In this document: positions 1 to 32,531 of the stretch, one piece after another | Position numbering within the stretch: the first letter of the stretch is position 1 | Layout: each line of letters begins with the position of its first letter | Assembly: GCF_006345805.1 (NCBI RefSeq) | Contig: NC_043007.1 | Coordinates: 40,548,001 to 40,612,000, forward strand | Direction of reading: 5' to 3' | Origin: Octopus sinensis | Lineage: Eukaryota | Length of the DNA stretch: 64,000 bases | Notes under the pieces: generated by a model | Seen by the model: only the letters and a program-made list of their open reading frames with translations | Told to the model about the DNA's origin: nothing | Databases searched by the model: none | Made by a program: the position numbers and the translations under genes

Positions 1-307
1 TGTGTGTCTGACTGTCTGTCTGTGTTTATGACAAGTCTATTTGAATCTATAAATTACTCAGTATAGAGAAAATGCTAAAAGTACAATGGGGTACAAAACG
101 ATGGGAAACTGCACGTGATCCAGCAGTGCTATCAAAGCCACTAATTTGGTGACATGCCGGTACACAGTGGCTGCTAGATCATATTTATTCAAGTAGTTAC
201 TTATATAACATATTATGTAAATGTATGATATCAGCCACAAACAACTGTTATCTTTGCACAGAAATTTGGGATTAAAGCCAGTTCATTCCATCTTCTTGTT
301 TTATATA

Positions 308-351
<44 letters not shown>

Positions 352-449
352 ATAAAGGGTGGAATATAATTAATTTAATAAAATTAATCAATTTCACCTA
401 GTAGATTTATCGGTATGGAAAAGACCATATTTGGTAAGGGTTATAATAA

Positions 450-697
450 TTATAATTAAGGGTTAATTGCAACAAGTTGCTCAAAACCACATACCGAAAA
501 TATTAGAAACAGCAGCCAAAATTGATCACTATTTCCTCTACTAATAAAAAGTCTCCACAAACAAACAGAATTTGTAAGCTGTTTGTTTGTGGAGACTTTT
601 TATTAGTAGAGGAAATAGTGATCAATTTTGGCTGCTGTTTCTAATATTTTCGGCATGTGGTTTTGAGCAACTTGTTGCAATTAACCCTTAATTATAA
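450..697. repeat. Near-perfect inverted repeat, 119-bp arms, 10-nt loop
   Basis: 450..568 is the reverse complement of 579..697, with one mismatch seen. Confidence 0.95.
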
Positions 698-731
<34 letters not shown>

Positions 732-2737
732 ATGAAAAGGCTAGAGCTGGAAAAACTTCATCTGCAGACCGACATGAAAACCTCCTTTGAAAATCAAAGA
801 GCTGTGGAGGAAACAGTGGGTAATCAAAAACATCAAACAGAACCCAAAAGTGTTCTATTCTTATACAAATAAGCATAGAACCACTGTCTCACCCATTGGG
901 CCATTGATTGATGATAACGGCATTCTCTAACACGATGCTAAAGAAATGGCAGTAATACTGCAGAAACAATACTGCTCTGTCTTTAGTGTTCCCACTGATA
1001 TTGACGTAAGAGAAGCGAACGAAGTTGACTCCCAACATAAAATCTCAGACATAACCTTCACTGCCACTGACATCATAGCAGCAATAAATGAGGTCAAATA
1101 CTACTCTGCTGTAGGCCCTGATAGATTCCCCGCTAGTCTCCTGAAGGAATGTAGACACCAACTTGCAGTCCTCTGACCAACCTCTGAAGAAATTCGTTAG
1201 ATGCAGGTTATATACCGAAACAGTTTCTATCCCAGTCAGTCATCCCGGTTTTCAAACAGGGAAACAGATCCCTCGCAGTCAACTATCGCCCAATCTCACT
1301 CACCTCTCACATCATTAAAGTGTTTGAAAGAGTGTTAAGATCAAGGATAGCTGACTTCCTGGAGACCCACAAACTCCTAAATGCAAATCAGCATGGCTTT
1401 CGCTGTGACAGGGACTGTCTAACACAGCTCTTACACCACATTGAAGATATACTCAAAGCCTTGGGAATAGGTTCGAACTCTGATGTCATATATCTTGACT
1501 TCAGTAAAGCATTCGACAGGGTAGACCATAATATCCTACTCTCAAAATTGGCAAATGTTGGAATCCGTGGAAAAGTTCTACACTGGATTAAGTATTTCCT
1601 GGCGAATAGAACACAACATGTTGTAGTTGATGGAGTCCATTCAAGCCCAGCAAAAGTCACCAGCGGTGTCCCCCAGGGGACTGTCTTGGGCCCGCTACTC
1701 TTCATAATTTACATAAACGACCTTTCCAGTGTCGTACATTACTGCAAAGTGAAAATATTTGCTGATGACACTAGCTCCAGCAAATCGTCAATGAAGAAGC
1801 AGACCGAACTCAACTCCAGTCTGATCTATATGCTGTGAGTCAATTGGCAGACAGAAACAAAATGCAACTGAACGAGGGAAAATTTGAGCTGATGCATTTT
1901 GGAAGAAATTCCTCACTAAAACAGCCATACTCTCTTCCTTCAGGGGAACCGCTCACAGCCTCTAACAATATCAGAGACCTGGGTGTAATTCTTGATGACG
2001 ATCTCAGTTGGAGTGCACACATCAACAATAAGGTCGATATAGCTCGTAGGATGAGTTCCTGGATCTTAAGAACTTTCCGGTCCAGAGAACAAGGTGTCAT
2101 CATACCACTTTTCTCCTCATTTGTACGGCCACACCTCGAATACTGCTACCCACTGTGGTCTCCTCATACAAGACAAAACATCTAGAGGATTGAATCACCC
2201 CAAATGGCACTCACTAAACGAATTGAAGGCATGGCTGCTCTCGATTATTGGGATCGCCTTAACGCCTTGAAACTCTACTCTCTCCAGCGTCGCCGTGAGC
2301 GGTACATCATTTGTACGATGTGGAGAATATACCGCCAACTTTGCCCAAACGACCTGAACATTAGCTTCAAGGTTCATCCAAGACTGGGACCACGGGCCAT
2401 ACGTCCCCTGCCAAATTCAAGATCACAGCATACATGTACACTGCAACATAATTTCTTTTCCTCAACAGGCCCTGCCCTATTTAACATTGTCCCGAAAGAG
2501 ATCAAAGAGGAAAATGATCCCATCAACTTTAAACGAAGTCTGGATAGATTCCTTCAAGGAATACCAGATAAGCCACCCATAATTGGATACAACTCACCCA
2601 ACAAAAACTCACTACTTGAATGGACCATAAACAAAACTTTACTTAAACAGGATTCAAATAACCCTATCAGGTGGTGCTATTAAATTAGACATGGCCTGGA
2701 CCAATCTTTGGTCGAAACATATCTAAGTTATCTAAGT

Positions 2738-2738
<1 letters not shown>
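732..2738 (+). mobile_element. 5'-truncated, frameshifted CR1/L2-group LINE (RT domain and 3' end)
   Basis: Consecutive ORF pieces: GPDRFP, NYRPISLTS, QHGFR, YLDFSKAFDRVDH, SGVPQGTVLGPLLF, FADD, LYSLQRRRERY. The 3' end has a GACCAA/TTGGTC stem and an (ATCTAAGTT)2 tail. Flanked by (TA)n on both sides. Confidence 0.9.
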
Positions 2739-2782
<44 letters not shown>

Positions 2783-2836
2783 ATATATATATATATATAC
2801 ATATATATATACATATATATATATACATATATAGAC

Positions 2837-2887
<51 letters not shown>

Positions 2888-3035
2888 TAAAGGTATTTAT
2901 ATATATATATATACATACATACATACATACATACATACATACATACACATACATACATACATACATATATACATACATATGTGTGTACGTGCTTGGAAAT
3001 AGAAACACACTATTCAGTAGTCGTACTTGATTTGA

Positions 3036-3041
3036 TTTATT
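3036..3041 (-). promoter_or_regulatory. Candidate polyadenylation signal of gene A
   Basis: AATAAA on the minus strand about 480 nt after the stop; motif only. Confidence 0.3.
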
Positions 3042-3187
3042 ATTCTGAAGTTCGAGAACCACTCCATCACAATGAGCTTTAAGGTATTTTACATACGCTT
3101 AGGCGACAAAGTGACGAAGTAGTGTTAAGGATAGAATAAAACGACAAATTGCCTTGTGTATTAAATTATATAAAAGAGAATAGTTCA

Positions 3188-3489
3188 TAGAAAGCTCTTT
3201 ACTGCCTAATAATGACAGAAGGGATTTTGTGGCAATCTTAAATATAAAAAGTATAAATATTTCATCCACGTCATCTCAACGTACTCTTTGATATCTTTTG
3301 AATTAGTGATGAATTTTATGCTGACTGAGACTATGACTCTAGAAAGCTCTTTACTGCCTAATAATGACAGAAGGGATTTTGTGGCAATCTTAATATAAAA
3401 GTATAAATATTTCATCCACGTCATCTCAACGTACTCTTGATATCTTTTGAATTAGTGATGAATTTTATCTTGCTGACTGAGACTATGAC
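3188..3489. repeat. Tandem duplication (period about 152 bp) in the gene A 3' UTR region
   Basis: tagaaagctctttactgcc... starts at 3188 and again at 3340. Confidence 0.95.
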
Positions 3490-3517
3490 AAATTGTATAG
3501 TGGTCATCTTATGATTT

Positions 3518-22892
<19,375 letters not shown>

Positions 22893-22984
22893 ATTGTCTT
22901 TGCCTTCGTTCATCTTTACTACACGGCCCTTTCTTTGTGTCTGTCTATCTATTTCCCTCAACCAATTCTCTTTTCATATACACG

Positions 22985-23064
<80 letters not shown>

Positions 23065-23978
23065 AAATAAAATATATATGTGTATGTGTGTATGTGTGTC
23101 TGTACATCATTTCTTATATGTATATAATTGTCGAAATGCATTTGACCTGCATTAAAATGTCATGTACTTGGAATAATTTATTCCAGCTAATATATGAAGT
23201 GGAATATCATTTAGAAATTAACCTAGAACCACTTATCATCTAAATATAATTTACTTACATTACGAATAATTCATCGGGAACGATTCCAGTGCAAAACCAA
23301 TAGGTAAATGTTCAATGCAAAATAATAGAAAAAAATTCAGTTTTCTCCAAGCCTTTAACCTAAGTTAGCCCCCCACATTTATATTGAAAATAACTTGTTT
23401 CTTTATAATTGAATCATAGCATTAAACTATATTGATTTCAAATTTTGGCACAAGGTTAGCAATTCTAGGGAAGGGTGAAGTTGATTATCTCGACTCCAGT
23501 GTTCAACTGGTACTTATTTTATCAAACCCGAAAGGATGAAAGGCAAGTGGACCTTGGCATGCTTTTAAAGACGAAATGCTGCTAAGCATTTTGTCCGTCG
23601 TGCTAACGGCGTGCCTTAGAGTAGTAAATTGTATATTAATAGCAGTAAACAATATAATCAAGTGATTTACTTACAACTTAAGTCCCCTAGACGTTACTGT
23701 CCAAAATTCAAGGACTCATGGGGTCAATTACGCCGTTTCCATGGCTTATAAGTGCCCGAGATAACAACATTTCTACTGTACAGGACATCAGTCCGTCACA
23801 GAGTTATTTATTTAGAGCTGAATGGACGAAAGCAATGCGAAATAAAATATTTTGTTCATCGCAGCGCCCGGTCCACTGTTTTTTTTTTTCAACAAAAGCA
23901 ACTTTTATGCGATTTTCTGAAAATGTTGTTACTGGGAAAATACAAAAGCAAAAAATATCATCGGAAAAAAATCTTTAT

Positions 23979-24137
23979 AGGCGCGGGCGTGACTGTGTAG
24001 TAAGTTTGTTTCCTACACATGTGGTTTCAGGTTCAGTCCCACCGCGTGGTACCTTGGTCAAGTGTCTTCTACTACAGCCTTGGGCCAACCAAAGCCTTGT
24101 GAGTGGATTTGGTAGAAGGAAACTGAAAGAAGCCCAT

Positions 24138-24188
<51 letters not shown>

Positions 24189-24363
24189 TGTGTGTGTGTC
24201 TTTGTATCTGTGCTTGTCCCCCACTACTGCTTGACAACCGGTGTTTCTGTGTTTACGTCCCAGTAACTTAGCAGTTCGGCGAAAGAAACCGATAGGATAA
24301 AAACTAGGCTTCAAAAGAAAAAAGTACTGGGGTCGCTGTCTAATGAGTGACACAAGTAAAAGA
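23979..24363 (+). mobile_element. CORE-like tRNA SINE (family 3)
   Basis: Homologous to 54083..54470. Confidence 0.8.
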
Positions 24364-24769
24364 TACAAGATATATCGATGTTTGCTGTTTGGGAAACATA
24401 AATACGCCTAGTGAACAACAGCAGTTATTTCAACGGAGCATATATTGTTTTCTTCTATTGGTTTCTAATTCGATGATGTTTTGCAGTTCAAGCTACAATG
24501 ATGAATTTTGTAAAATATTGCGTATTGTTACGTCCTTAATAAATAAATGTATGCGTGTGTATGTGTGTGTTATAATATTTTCTCTCTCTCTCTCTCTCTC
24601 TTTCAGCCCTTTCTTTCCGAAAGTATTTTGGAAAGTTTCTCCTAAACGTCCATGATTGTTTTCAGACTTTTAGCTTGTCTTTGATTCAAACGTTCTGAGT
24701 GATATAAAGCTGGTCATTCATAAGTCAAAAGTTACGCTGGTGGTTGAAAATTTTGGGAATATGTATTAT

Positions 24770-25387
24770 ACTAGCTGTTGAACACCGCGTTGCTCGTGTT
24801 TTCTGATCTGTATTGAAATCTTCTACGTTCCCCGTGCCAACTATCACCCATTAAAATGTTATATCTGGTTCAGCAGGGATTTTACTCGGTTAACGCTTTC
24901 GACATACTCCTATAAAATCTGATACACGCTTGTGCCCTTCCGTTTCCTCTGGAATTAAATTAAAGCATTTACCGTCTCCCCTACCACAAAATTTACCTAA
25001 ATCTCAGATTTCATTAAAATCGAATGAAAAATATAAAAGTTACCGCCAAAAATAAAATCCCTATGGGTATTTGCACCAAAAAGACAATTGATTTTATAAA
25101 ACCACTGCTTGCTCATCGATTTTCATAAAAATCAGACAAACAATTCAAAAGCCGCTGGAAAAATAACATCGTTATGGGAATTTCCATTCAAACGCCCGAT
25201 TGAGCTCACAAAAATCGATGCCAACTGATCATTATAGAGTTTTCGCAAAATTCCAGCCGTAGTTGAATTTCAGGGCATGTGATCTAACTATGTGCCAAAA
25301 ATCATTAAAATCGGTCGGATGGTGTGGGAGGAGTTAGAGTAACCCAAACGCGCACACAGACACAATTGCACATTTATGTATATAGAT
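24770..25387 (+). mobile_element. Helitron/Helentron-type non-autonomous element (HINE/Lep1-like)
   Basis: Starts ACTAGC...cgcgttgctcg and ends (caga)-like repeats + tttatgtatatagat; same architecture as 45803..46188. Confidence 0.45.
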
Positions 25388-25788
25388 ATGATGCATGGAT
25401 GCCAGAAAAATATGCTCTGCGTATCACATGTGATACACAGCACGGGCGAAGGATTACAGCAAAAGTTTTGATGGAGCTACACACAAACTAATTTGGTGCT
25501 ACAAATCTGCTTATATATTTAACACAGATATGGTATTCAGTAACGTGGGGCAGTTTCCAAATACCAATTCTAATTTACTTTATTCTCATACACAGTGTGA
25601 AAACATATTGCACCAAACTAAAGCATAAACCTCTTCAGAACTAGGATATTATTGATATTAATGATTTATTAATAATTATAGATTTATTAATAATTATAAT
25701 AATTATATTGTTGTATAAGAGTCTATGTGTCTATAATACTCTTGTTATATAAGGTAAGATATGTGTCTCCAATATTCCTGTATAAGGT

Positions 25789-26205
25789 CAGGCTATGTGG
25801 TTAGAGGTTTGCTTCCTAGCCACGGGTTTAGTTCCACTGCATGGCACCTCGGTCAATTGTCTTCTACTATATCGGTAGGCTGACCAAAGCCTTGTGAGTG
25901 GATTTAGTAGACGGAACCTAAAACAAACTCGTCCCCCATATGTGTGTGTATGTGTATGTGTGTGTGTGCGAGTGTGAGTGTGTATGTTTCTGTGTTTGTT
26001 TTTATGCCCCACAGGTGTTTGATAACCGTTACTAGGTTGCTTACATCCCCGTAATTTACCGGTTGGGCAAAAGAGACCGATAGAATAAATAGTGGACTTA
26101 AAAATAATCAGTACTCGAGGCGACTTGTTCCATTAAAACACTTCAACACGGTACCTCCCCATGGCTTTCGTCCAATGATTGAAGCGAGTTAAAGATAAAA
26201 GATAA
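25789..26205 (+). mobile_element. Diverged CORE-like SINE (family 3)
   Basis: Degenerate homology to 54083..54470. Confidence 0.7.
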
Positions 26206-26864
26206 ATGATATGTATCTACTTATCTCTATAACATTCTTGTGGTATATGTATCTACACGTAACTATAACATTTCTGTACATGTGCCTATATGTGTATATG
26301 TCCATAATATTCTTGTTTCATATGTATCTATATGTATCTAAATATTTTTAACATTTATGTATATGTCTATGACATTATTGTCAGATATGTGTATGTGTGT
26401 GTGTGTGTTTGTTTTTGTGTGTGTCTGTCTATATGTCTCTATAATATTTTTGTACATGTGTCTGTTTTTTCTCTTCCTTGTTCTGTCCTCTAATTTTGTG
26501 GGGCCTTGATTCAGGTGCTTTGTCTGCGTCATGGTAAATTCTGTAGTTCCACGAACTCGTGATGTTCTAAACAAATTTACTTTTTTAATAGTTAATCAAT
26601 CCTAGATATTTCTAGTTAAAAGGAGACCCTTAAATGATTTGATTAATGATTTGTTTGAAATTTAAAGCGTTTCTTATTGAGAATTTGTTTACTATATTTG
26701 ACTGAAAGTAGAGTTTAGTCACATCACGATTAATATTGCATGTGGCATCCATCCTCGAATGGAATAAAATATAAGTCCTTGTATAAATAATGCTGTAGTT
26801 AGAGTAAATTAAATGTTCTCAAACTAAATGCAAACTCATAGCTAAATGGCAAGCATATTTGTTT

Positions 26865-28175
26865 CTTTACCAGGACTTCACCACTCCTGAATGAAGAACA
26901 CTTCTCTGAATTCGTTCCACTGCTGTCTATCTGTAGCTAGTCGTGGTCATGTAGAGTATGAGGAAATCGTCATAAGGAAATCGTGATTGAAGAGATCGTC
27001 TCACCACCTTGTCATTGGACGGGTTTTTTTATCATGTCCATCGTCTTGGTGTCTATTCCGTCACCCTGATTCTCCATCTGTTGCTCTTCAGTTGCGCGAT
27101 GTGGTCAGCTCATCTATATTTGTTCTCCTTGATGTCGTTCTTATGATGTCAGTAACTTGCGTGTGCTGTCGTATCCAGCCGTTGGTTTCCTTGTCCCGCA
27201 ATATGATGCCGGGAATGATTTGTTCCATTTCCCTTTCGGTTACAATAGTGTTCTTTCTTTATAAGAAAGGTGACAAAACGGACTTGAAAAACTACTGTCC
27301 TATCAGTTTCCTGTCCATCATCTACAAGGTGTTTTATAGCATTATACTTAGTAGGCTCCTCTGTACCTTGGACCTATATCAAACAAACGAACAAGCTAGC
27401 TTCAAGACATGATTCTTTACCATTGATTACATTCAGGTTGTTAGTCACCTGCAAGAGAAGGCGAACGAATACAATACCGTTTTGGTCTGCCTTTGTTCAC
27501 TATGAGAAGGCTTCGACTCCATAGAGTCCACATCGTTCCTTACCCTGAAAAACCAAGTAGTGGACTCCACTTACTTTGCAATACTGAAAGAATTTTATAG
27601 CTGTGCAACATCGGCGCTCAGCTTTCATTAAGACAGTGATAGGATCAAGCTTGAGAGAGGAGCAAGGCAAGGCGACAACATCTAACCAAAGTTGTTTACA
27701 TCGTACCTGTAAGACACTATCATCAACAAAATCCAGCAGGACATCAACATTGAATGAGAACAACTATACCACCGGGAGGTCGCAGATGATATCATCCTGA
27801 CAGTACATGCACCTATGGAACTAGAGGAAATGCTCACCGATATCCACACTGTCGGCCTCAACATGGTCCTTGGAGTAACCAACGTCATATTCAATAGGCA
27901 TGCTATGCCAGCGTCTGTCACTGTATACAGCAAGACATAGAAGAGGTAGACGGCTACGTTTAGGAAAATCTCACGGAAATCAAAAGAAGAATAGCACTTG
28001 GTAGGGCGGTTTTTGAGAAGGTGGAAAACTTCATGAGGTTTCCCAAGGCTTCCATGAAAATTAAAAGAAAGATCTTCAATGAGTACAACCTGACAGTGAT
28101 GATTTACGGCAGTGAAACATGGGTTCTCAACACTATCATCATGAACCCCTCACTGTAGCCTAACAGAAAATGGAA
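26865..28175. mobile_element. Degenerate RTE-clade LINE with internal inversion
   Basis: 27241..28175(+) encodes KKGDKTDLKNYCPIS, RGARQGD, VADD, IKRRIALG, YGSETW...QKME. 27231..26865(-) continues with the C-terminal region (LRDKETNGWIRQ.T.VTDII...A.DR.QW). Confidence 0.85.
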
Positions 28176-28729
28176 AATGTGCGTATGTTTGTGTGTGCGT
28201 CTACGTATGTGTAAGTATTTATAACAAATCTTGATAAGGTGTGTAATATATTTAAGAAATCTTGATAAGGAACGTGAGTTTAATATTCAACAAGTTATGT
28301 AAAGACAACGATAACCTTGGAAGAATTATTTAATGTAGCTCAAGTACAAAGAAATGATGAAGAGATTTAGAAGCACACGGATTTGAGTTACTCTTTGTGT
28401 ACATGATAATTTCTTCATCAGCGTCTCTCTTAATTTATTCTCTGCCTCTCTCTACCTTTCCTCCCCTATCACTTTATCTCTCTCTCTCTCTCTTAATACA
28501 CACACGCGTACGTCCACACACATATGTATGAATCCCCAAAATACACAAAAGCAAAATGATAAACAACGACTACAAAGAATCAACTTCATCATGTATAAAC
28601 ATACAACACTCCGACAAACTTAAATTAAGACTAATTGTAGCAGTCCCCACTTGTGAAACAGACTCAGCAACTTCGTAGACATACAGTTGAAATCCTTTCT
28701 GAAACACGTGAAGCATTATAAGAGACGAC

Positions 28730-29365
28730 TCACAAGAAAGTTCACAAAATTAGCGTGTAATTCGATGTAGCAAACATCTATATCGCTATTCCATACGATT
28801 ATGGATTAAGAATCATAGGATTTCTGGTTTGAAAAATTCCTCAATGAAATACTAAACCGGAAAAAAACAAATACTAATTAACGAAATAATAAAAGCTCAT
28901 TTTCAGAGAAAATTTTTCAAATTCAATAACATCATTTACAAATATCTGGAACTGCGATGGGAACGAAGCTTACTCCTAACTTTAACAATCTGCAAGTGGC
29001 TTACCTATATGATCGACTATACGAACAATGTAGATAAATGAATCGCATGAAATTCCATAAATATCTATTAGAAAATTGGAAACGTTATTTAGTTGATGCT
29101 TCTTTGTGTGAACCCACGCTTTTGATTATCTTAATGAATTCAAACCCTAATTTATAGCATAAATAACAACATGCATTTCACAATGGAATAAATTCAACAG
29201 GAAATATCAGCTACTCATCTTGGATATTTTAATCATAACAAAAACACGAACATCGAAATAGGCACCCAGTGCAATACGACAGACACTGAACTATACCTTT
29301 TATTTTTGGGCGCCCAAAGCATACCAAAACAAATACACCATTTAATCTAGTAAGATGAATATGCT
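28730..29365 (+). mobile_element. Degenerate Penelope-like RT fragment
   Basis: DVANIYIAIP, GTAMGTKLTP, NWKRYLVD (YLDD-like), FNL.R remnants. Confidence 0.7.
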
Positions 29366-29368
29366 TAA

Positions 29369-29571
29369 GCAGTCAATTTACCGGTTAGAGAACATATTTA
29401 TTTTATATAAAATTAATTAAGGGTAGAAATTGATATTAGTCAATTAAAACCAGTGGTCTAGCATATTAAAAAGAATCCGAAGATTAAAATATTTAATTGA
29501 CTAATATCAGTTTCTACCCTTAATTAATTTTATATAAAATAAATATGTTCTCTAACCGGTAAATTGACTGC
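29369..29571. repeat. Inverted repeat, 80-bp arms, 43-nt loop
   Basis: 29369..29448 vs 29492..29571, one mismatch seen. Confidence 0.95.
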
Positions 29572-29943
29572 AGCTAATTATTAGCTGCAGGCTGGTCTTT
29601 CGGGTCTCAGCGCGCCAAAGTAAAGGCATTTGAAAAATACATTCGAATATAATCGGTTGAACTCCATGCATGCGACACTCCGGTATCGTTTTTGCATCTA
29701 GTCCAGCAAATTGTATTCATAACGGACCATGCTGACGAAGTTACAGTTATCCTTGCGGATAATAATAACCGAAGCTGATCAGTACATGGGTAATTATTTT
29801 ATTTCGTATATTTTCATTTGTCTTGTTTAATGCTTTGGTTTCGTGCTGAGCTTTATTTGAGAACATAATCTTTGTGGAGAATGGCGATTTGACGTCTATA
29901 TCTGGCATGTTGACTGTCCACTTTTCGTGTTCAGTCCTTAATT

Positions 29944-29991
<48 letters not shown>

Positions 29992-30295
29992 TGCACATAA
30001 TATTGAGGTGTAGTTTGTTACAATATTAAATTGTACATAATCCTGAAGAGGACTCAATACGCGCAGAATGTAGAACGTGATTTGTATTTATTTAAGAGAT
30101 TTATTGCAATTATTTGTTTTGGCGCCTGGGAGCAGTTTCCTTGAGAGGTGAGTGAAAGTTCACGATGTAAATATTTTAATTCTTGAAGAAAAACCAACAA
30201 AAACAAAGAAAACAAAAGGCGATAAAAATCAGTGAGAAGAAACTTTATTGGAGTGTACACGGGATACATAGTGTAGTAGTAAAAAATAGGTAGAA

Positions 30296-30363
<68 letters not shown>

Positions 30364-30811
30364 GAGAGAGAGAGGGGGGGAGAGAATCGCATACAGGTTT
30401 TCAGAACGTGAATCTAAAAATCTGAAAAAAAAGGAAGCCTGATCTTGAGCGCTTGTTCATTTTCTTTAATTTCGATTTTTAATATGCAGTTATCCCTATT
30501 GTATGATGGGTTCTGCAGAATTTTCGTCTTATAAGTTTTATTAACATGTGATATGTGCGATGAAGTGACAGAATTGTTGGAGCATCAGACAGATTACTTT
30601 TAATTCATTATTATTTTTCTTTCTTTTGTATATTTAATTTTGAATGAGAGAACAGCACACGCCATCAATGTGACGCTGAAGTACAAATATACGAAGCGCA
30701 ATATACTCATCAGGACTAAAAACTAGCATTTCGTCAGTTACGACGAGGAGGGTTCCAGTTGATCTAATTAACGTAACAGCATATTTCGACATTTCGTGTG
30801 TCTTCCACAGG

Positions 30812-31009
30812 TTCAGAAAATAAACTTGTCAATCTACTTCATTTTGCTTAATATTTATAGGACTGAGGTAACTCCTCCATAAGATATAGAAGCAAAAATA
30901 GAAGAGTTCCTTTGTTATTCTATTTTTGCTTCTATAACTTCTGGAGGAGTTACCTCAGTTCTATAAATATTAACCAAAATGAAGTAGATTCAAAAGTTTA
31001 TTTTTTGAA
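30812..31009. repeat. Imperfect inverted repeat, about 90-bp arms
   Basis: aatctacttcattttg...gaggtaactcctcca...agaagcaaaaatagaa mirrored across a 14-nt loop. Confidence 0.9.
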
Positions 31010-31286
31010 TCAGTGGTTGACACACGAGATGTCGATATATCGTTCACTTGATAACAATGGCACTCTTCTATTATTGCTTCTATTATTATTATTATTTTTT
31101 TCTTTTTGGACAGTGAGCTGGCATAATCGTTACCTCACCGGGAAATGTTCTTTGCTGCATTTCGTCCATCTTTACGTTCTGAGTTCACATTCCATCAAGT
31201 TGGACTTTGCCTTCCATCCTTTCACAGTCAATAAAATAAGCAGCAGTGGAACACTAGGGTGGATATAATCGACTGGTAGAAAGGAT

Positions 31287-31287
<1 letters not shown>

Positions 31288-31340
<53 letters not shown>

Positions 31341-31351
31341 TATTATTATTA

Positions 31352-31387
<36 letters not shown>

Positions 31388-31394
31388 CATTATG

Positions 31395-31440
<46 letters not shown>

Positions 31441-31445
31441 TATTA
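31288..31445. repeat. (TAA)n switching to (TTA)n microsatellite
   Basis: Seen directly. Confidence 0.95.
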
Positions 31446-31744
31446 CTTGAAAGTTACTTAAGGGAAGTGAATTAGCAGAATCGTTAGAACAAAGTATCTT
31501 GTAATTCTTCCTGTTGATTTTGTTCTCAGTTCAAATCCCCGCGGAGATCAACTTTTTCTTGTCATCACTTCGAGGCCAACAAAATGAACTATCAGTGAAA
31601 TATTCGGTGAGGGTGTCAACGTAATCAACTAACTCCTCCCCCTCAAAATTGGCCGACCTTGTGCTGAAATCGGAAACAATTATTTAAAAGGTAATAGAAT
31701 CCACGATGCATTTAATATCTTTCAGCGCTTATTTACGTCCGTTT

Positions 31745-32110
31745 AAACTATAATCATAGGGGTTTCAAGTGCCAGGTTTTTGCAGATTACCCAGTGAATA
31801 TATTGTACAGCTCTATCATGCCTGTTGAGATACTTTGTAGGCGCTAGAAGACTGCACTTGGAGACAACATGATCAATGGTTTCATTTTGTTGTTGACATA
31901 CACGACATGTTGGGCTACTGCCGTTCTTTAATATGTTGGCCTGGTAGTTCCTTGTTGGCAGGCATTGATCTTGAGCTGCTATGATAAACACTTCTGTTTC
32001 AGATGTTAAGCCAGAGGCCATTAGCCATTGATGTGTCAGGGCTTTGTCAACATCTGCATTATTCGCTCTCTTTGGGTATTTTCCACAGAGAGGTTTTTCT
32101 TGCCAACAAC
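31745..32110 (-). mobile_element. R4/Dong-clade non-LTR fragment (CCHC zinc-knuckle region)
   Basis: ETEVFIIAAQDQCLPTRNY...CRVCQQQNETIDHVVSKC..LAPTKYLNRHD. Confidence 0.75.
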
Positions 32111-32480
32111 AGTTTCTTGTTTGTTTCCACTAATACAGGAAATAAATTGTGCTCAAAATTGTTAATTTCTTACAATTTATCAACTAGATTGTTGTGTCAT
32201 GTAAGTTTTAAAAATAAAATTTAGTTAATGCAGTATAAAATTTTGGTTCTCAGTTAATTTCTAATTTATATTCTGCTGCACACATATGTTTGATTAAATC
32301 CCTGTAGTTACGTGACTTATGTAAATTCAGTATTAATGCACTTGGGAAGTTTGTACATATATTTTAGTTTTAAGTAATAAAACAATTTACCAGATTCAAA
32401 CTTATATTCTCGCACCAAAGAATGGTACATAATTCCAGTAATTTATATATTGGAAAATACACACGATCTGACTTTCTTCC

Positions 32481-32531
<51 letters not shown>

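Noticed and set aside
58-240. Hydrophobic short ORF / H..SG.DST-like motif in another frame, as a possible neighbouring exon or TE remnant
   Set aside because: Weak acceptor, no recognisable homology, and the motif match is too loose.
29725-30065. Possible hammerhead ribozyme cores (CTGACGA about 29732, CTGAAGA at 30043; also ctgaaga about 59154) near Penelope-like pieces
   Set aside because: No stem II followed by GAAA with a correct stem III in any of them. A covariance-model search could revisit this.
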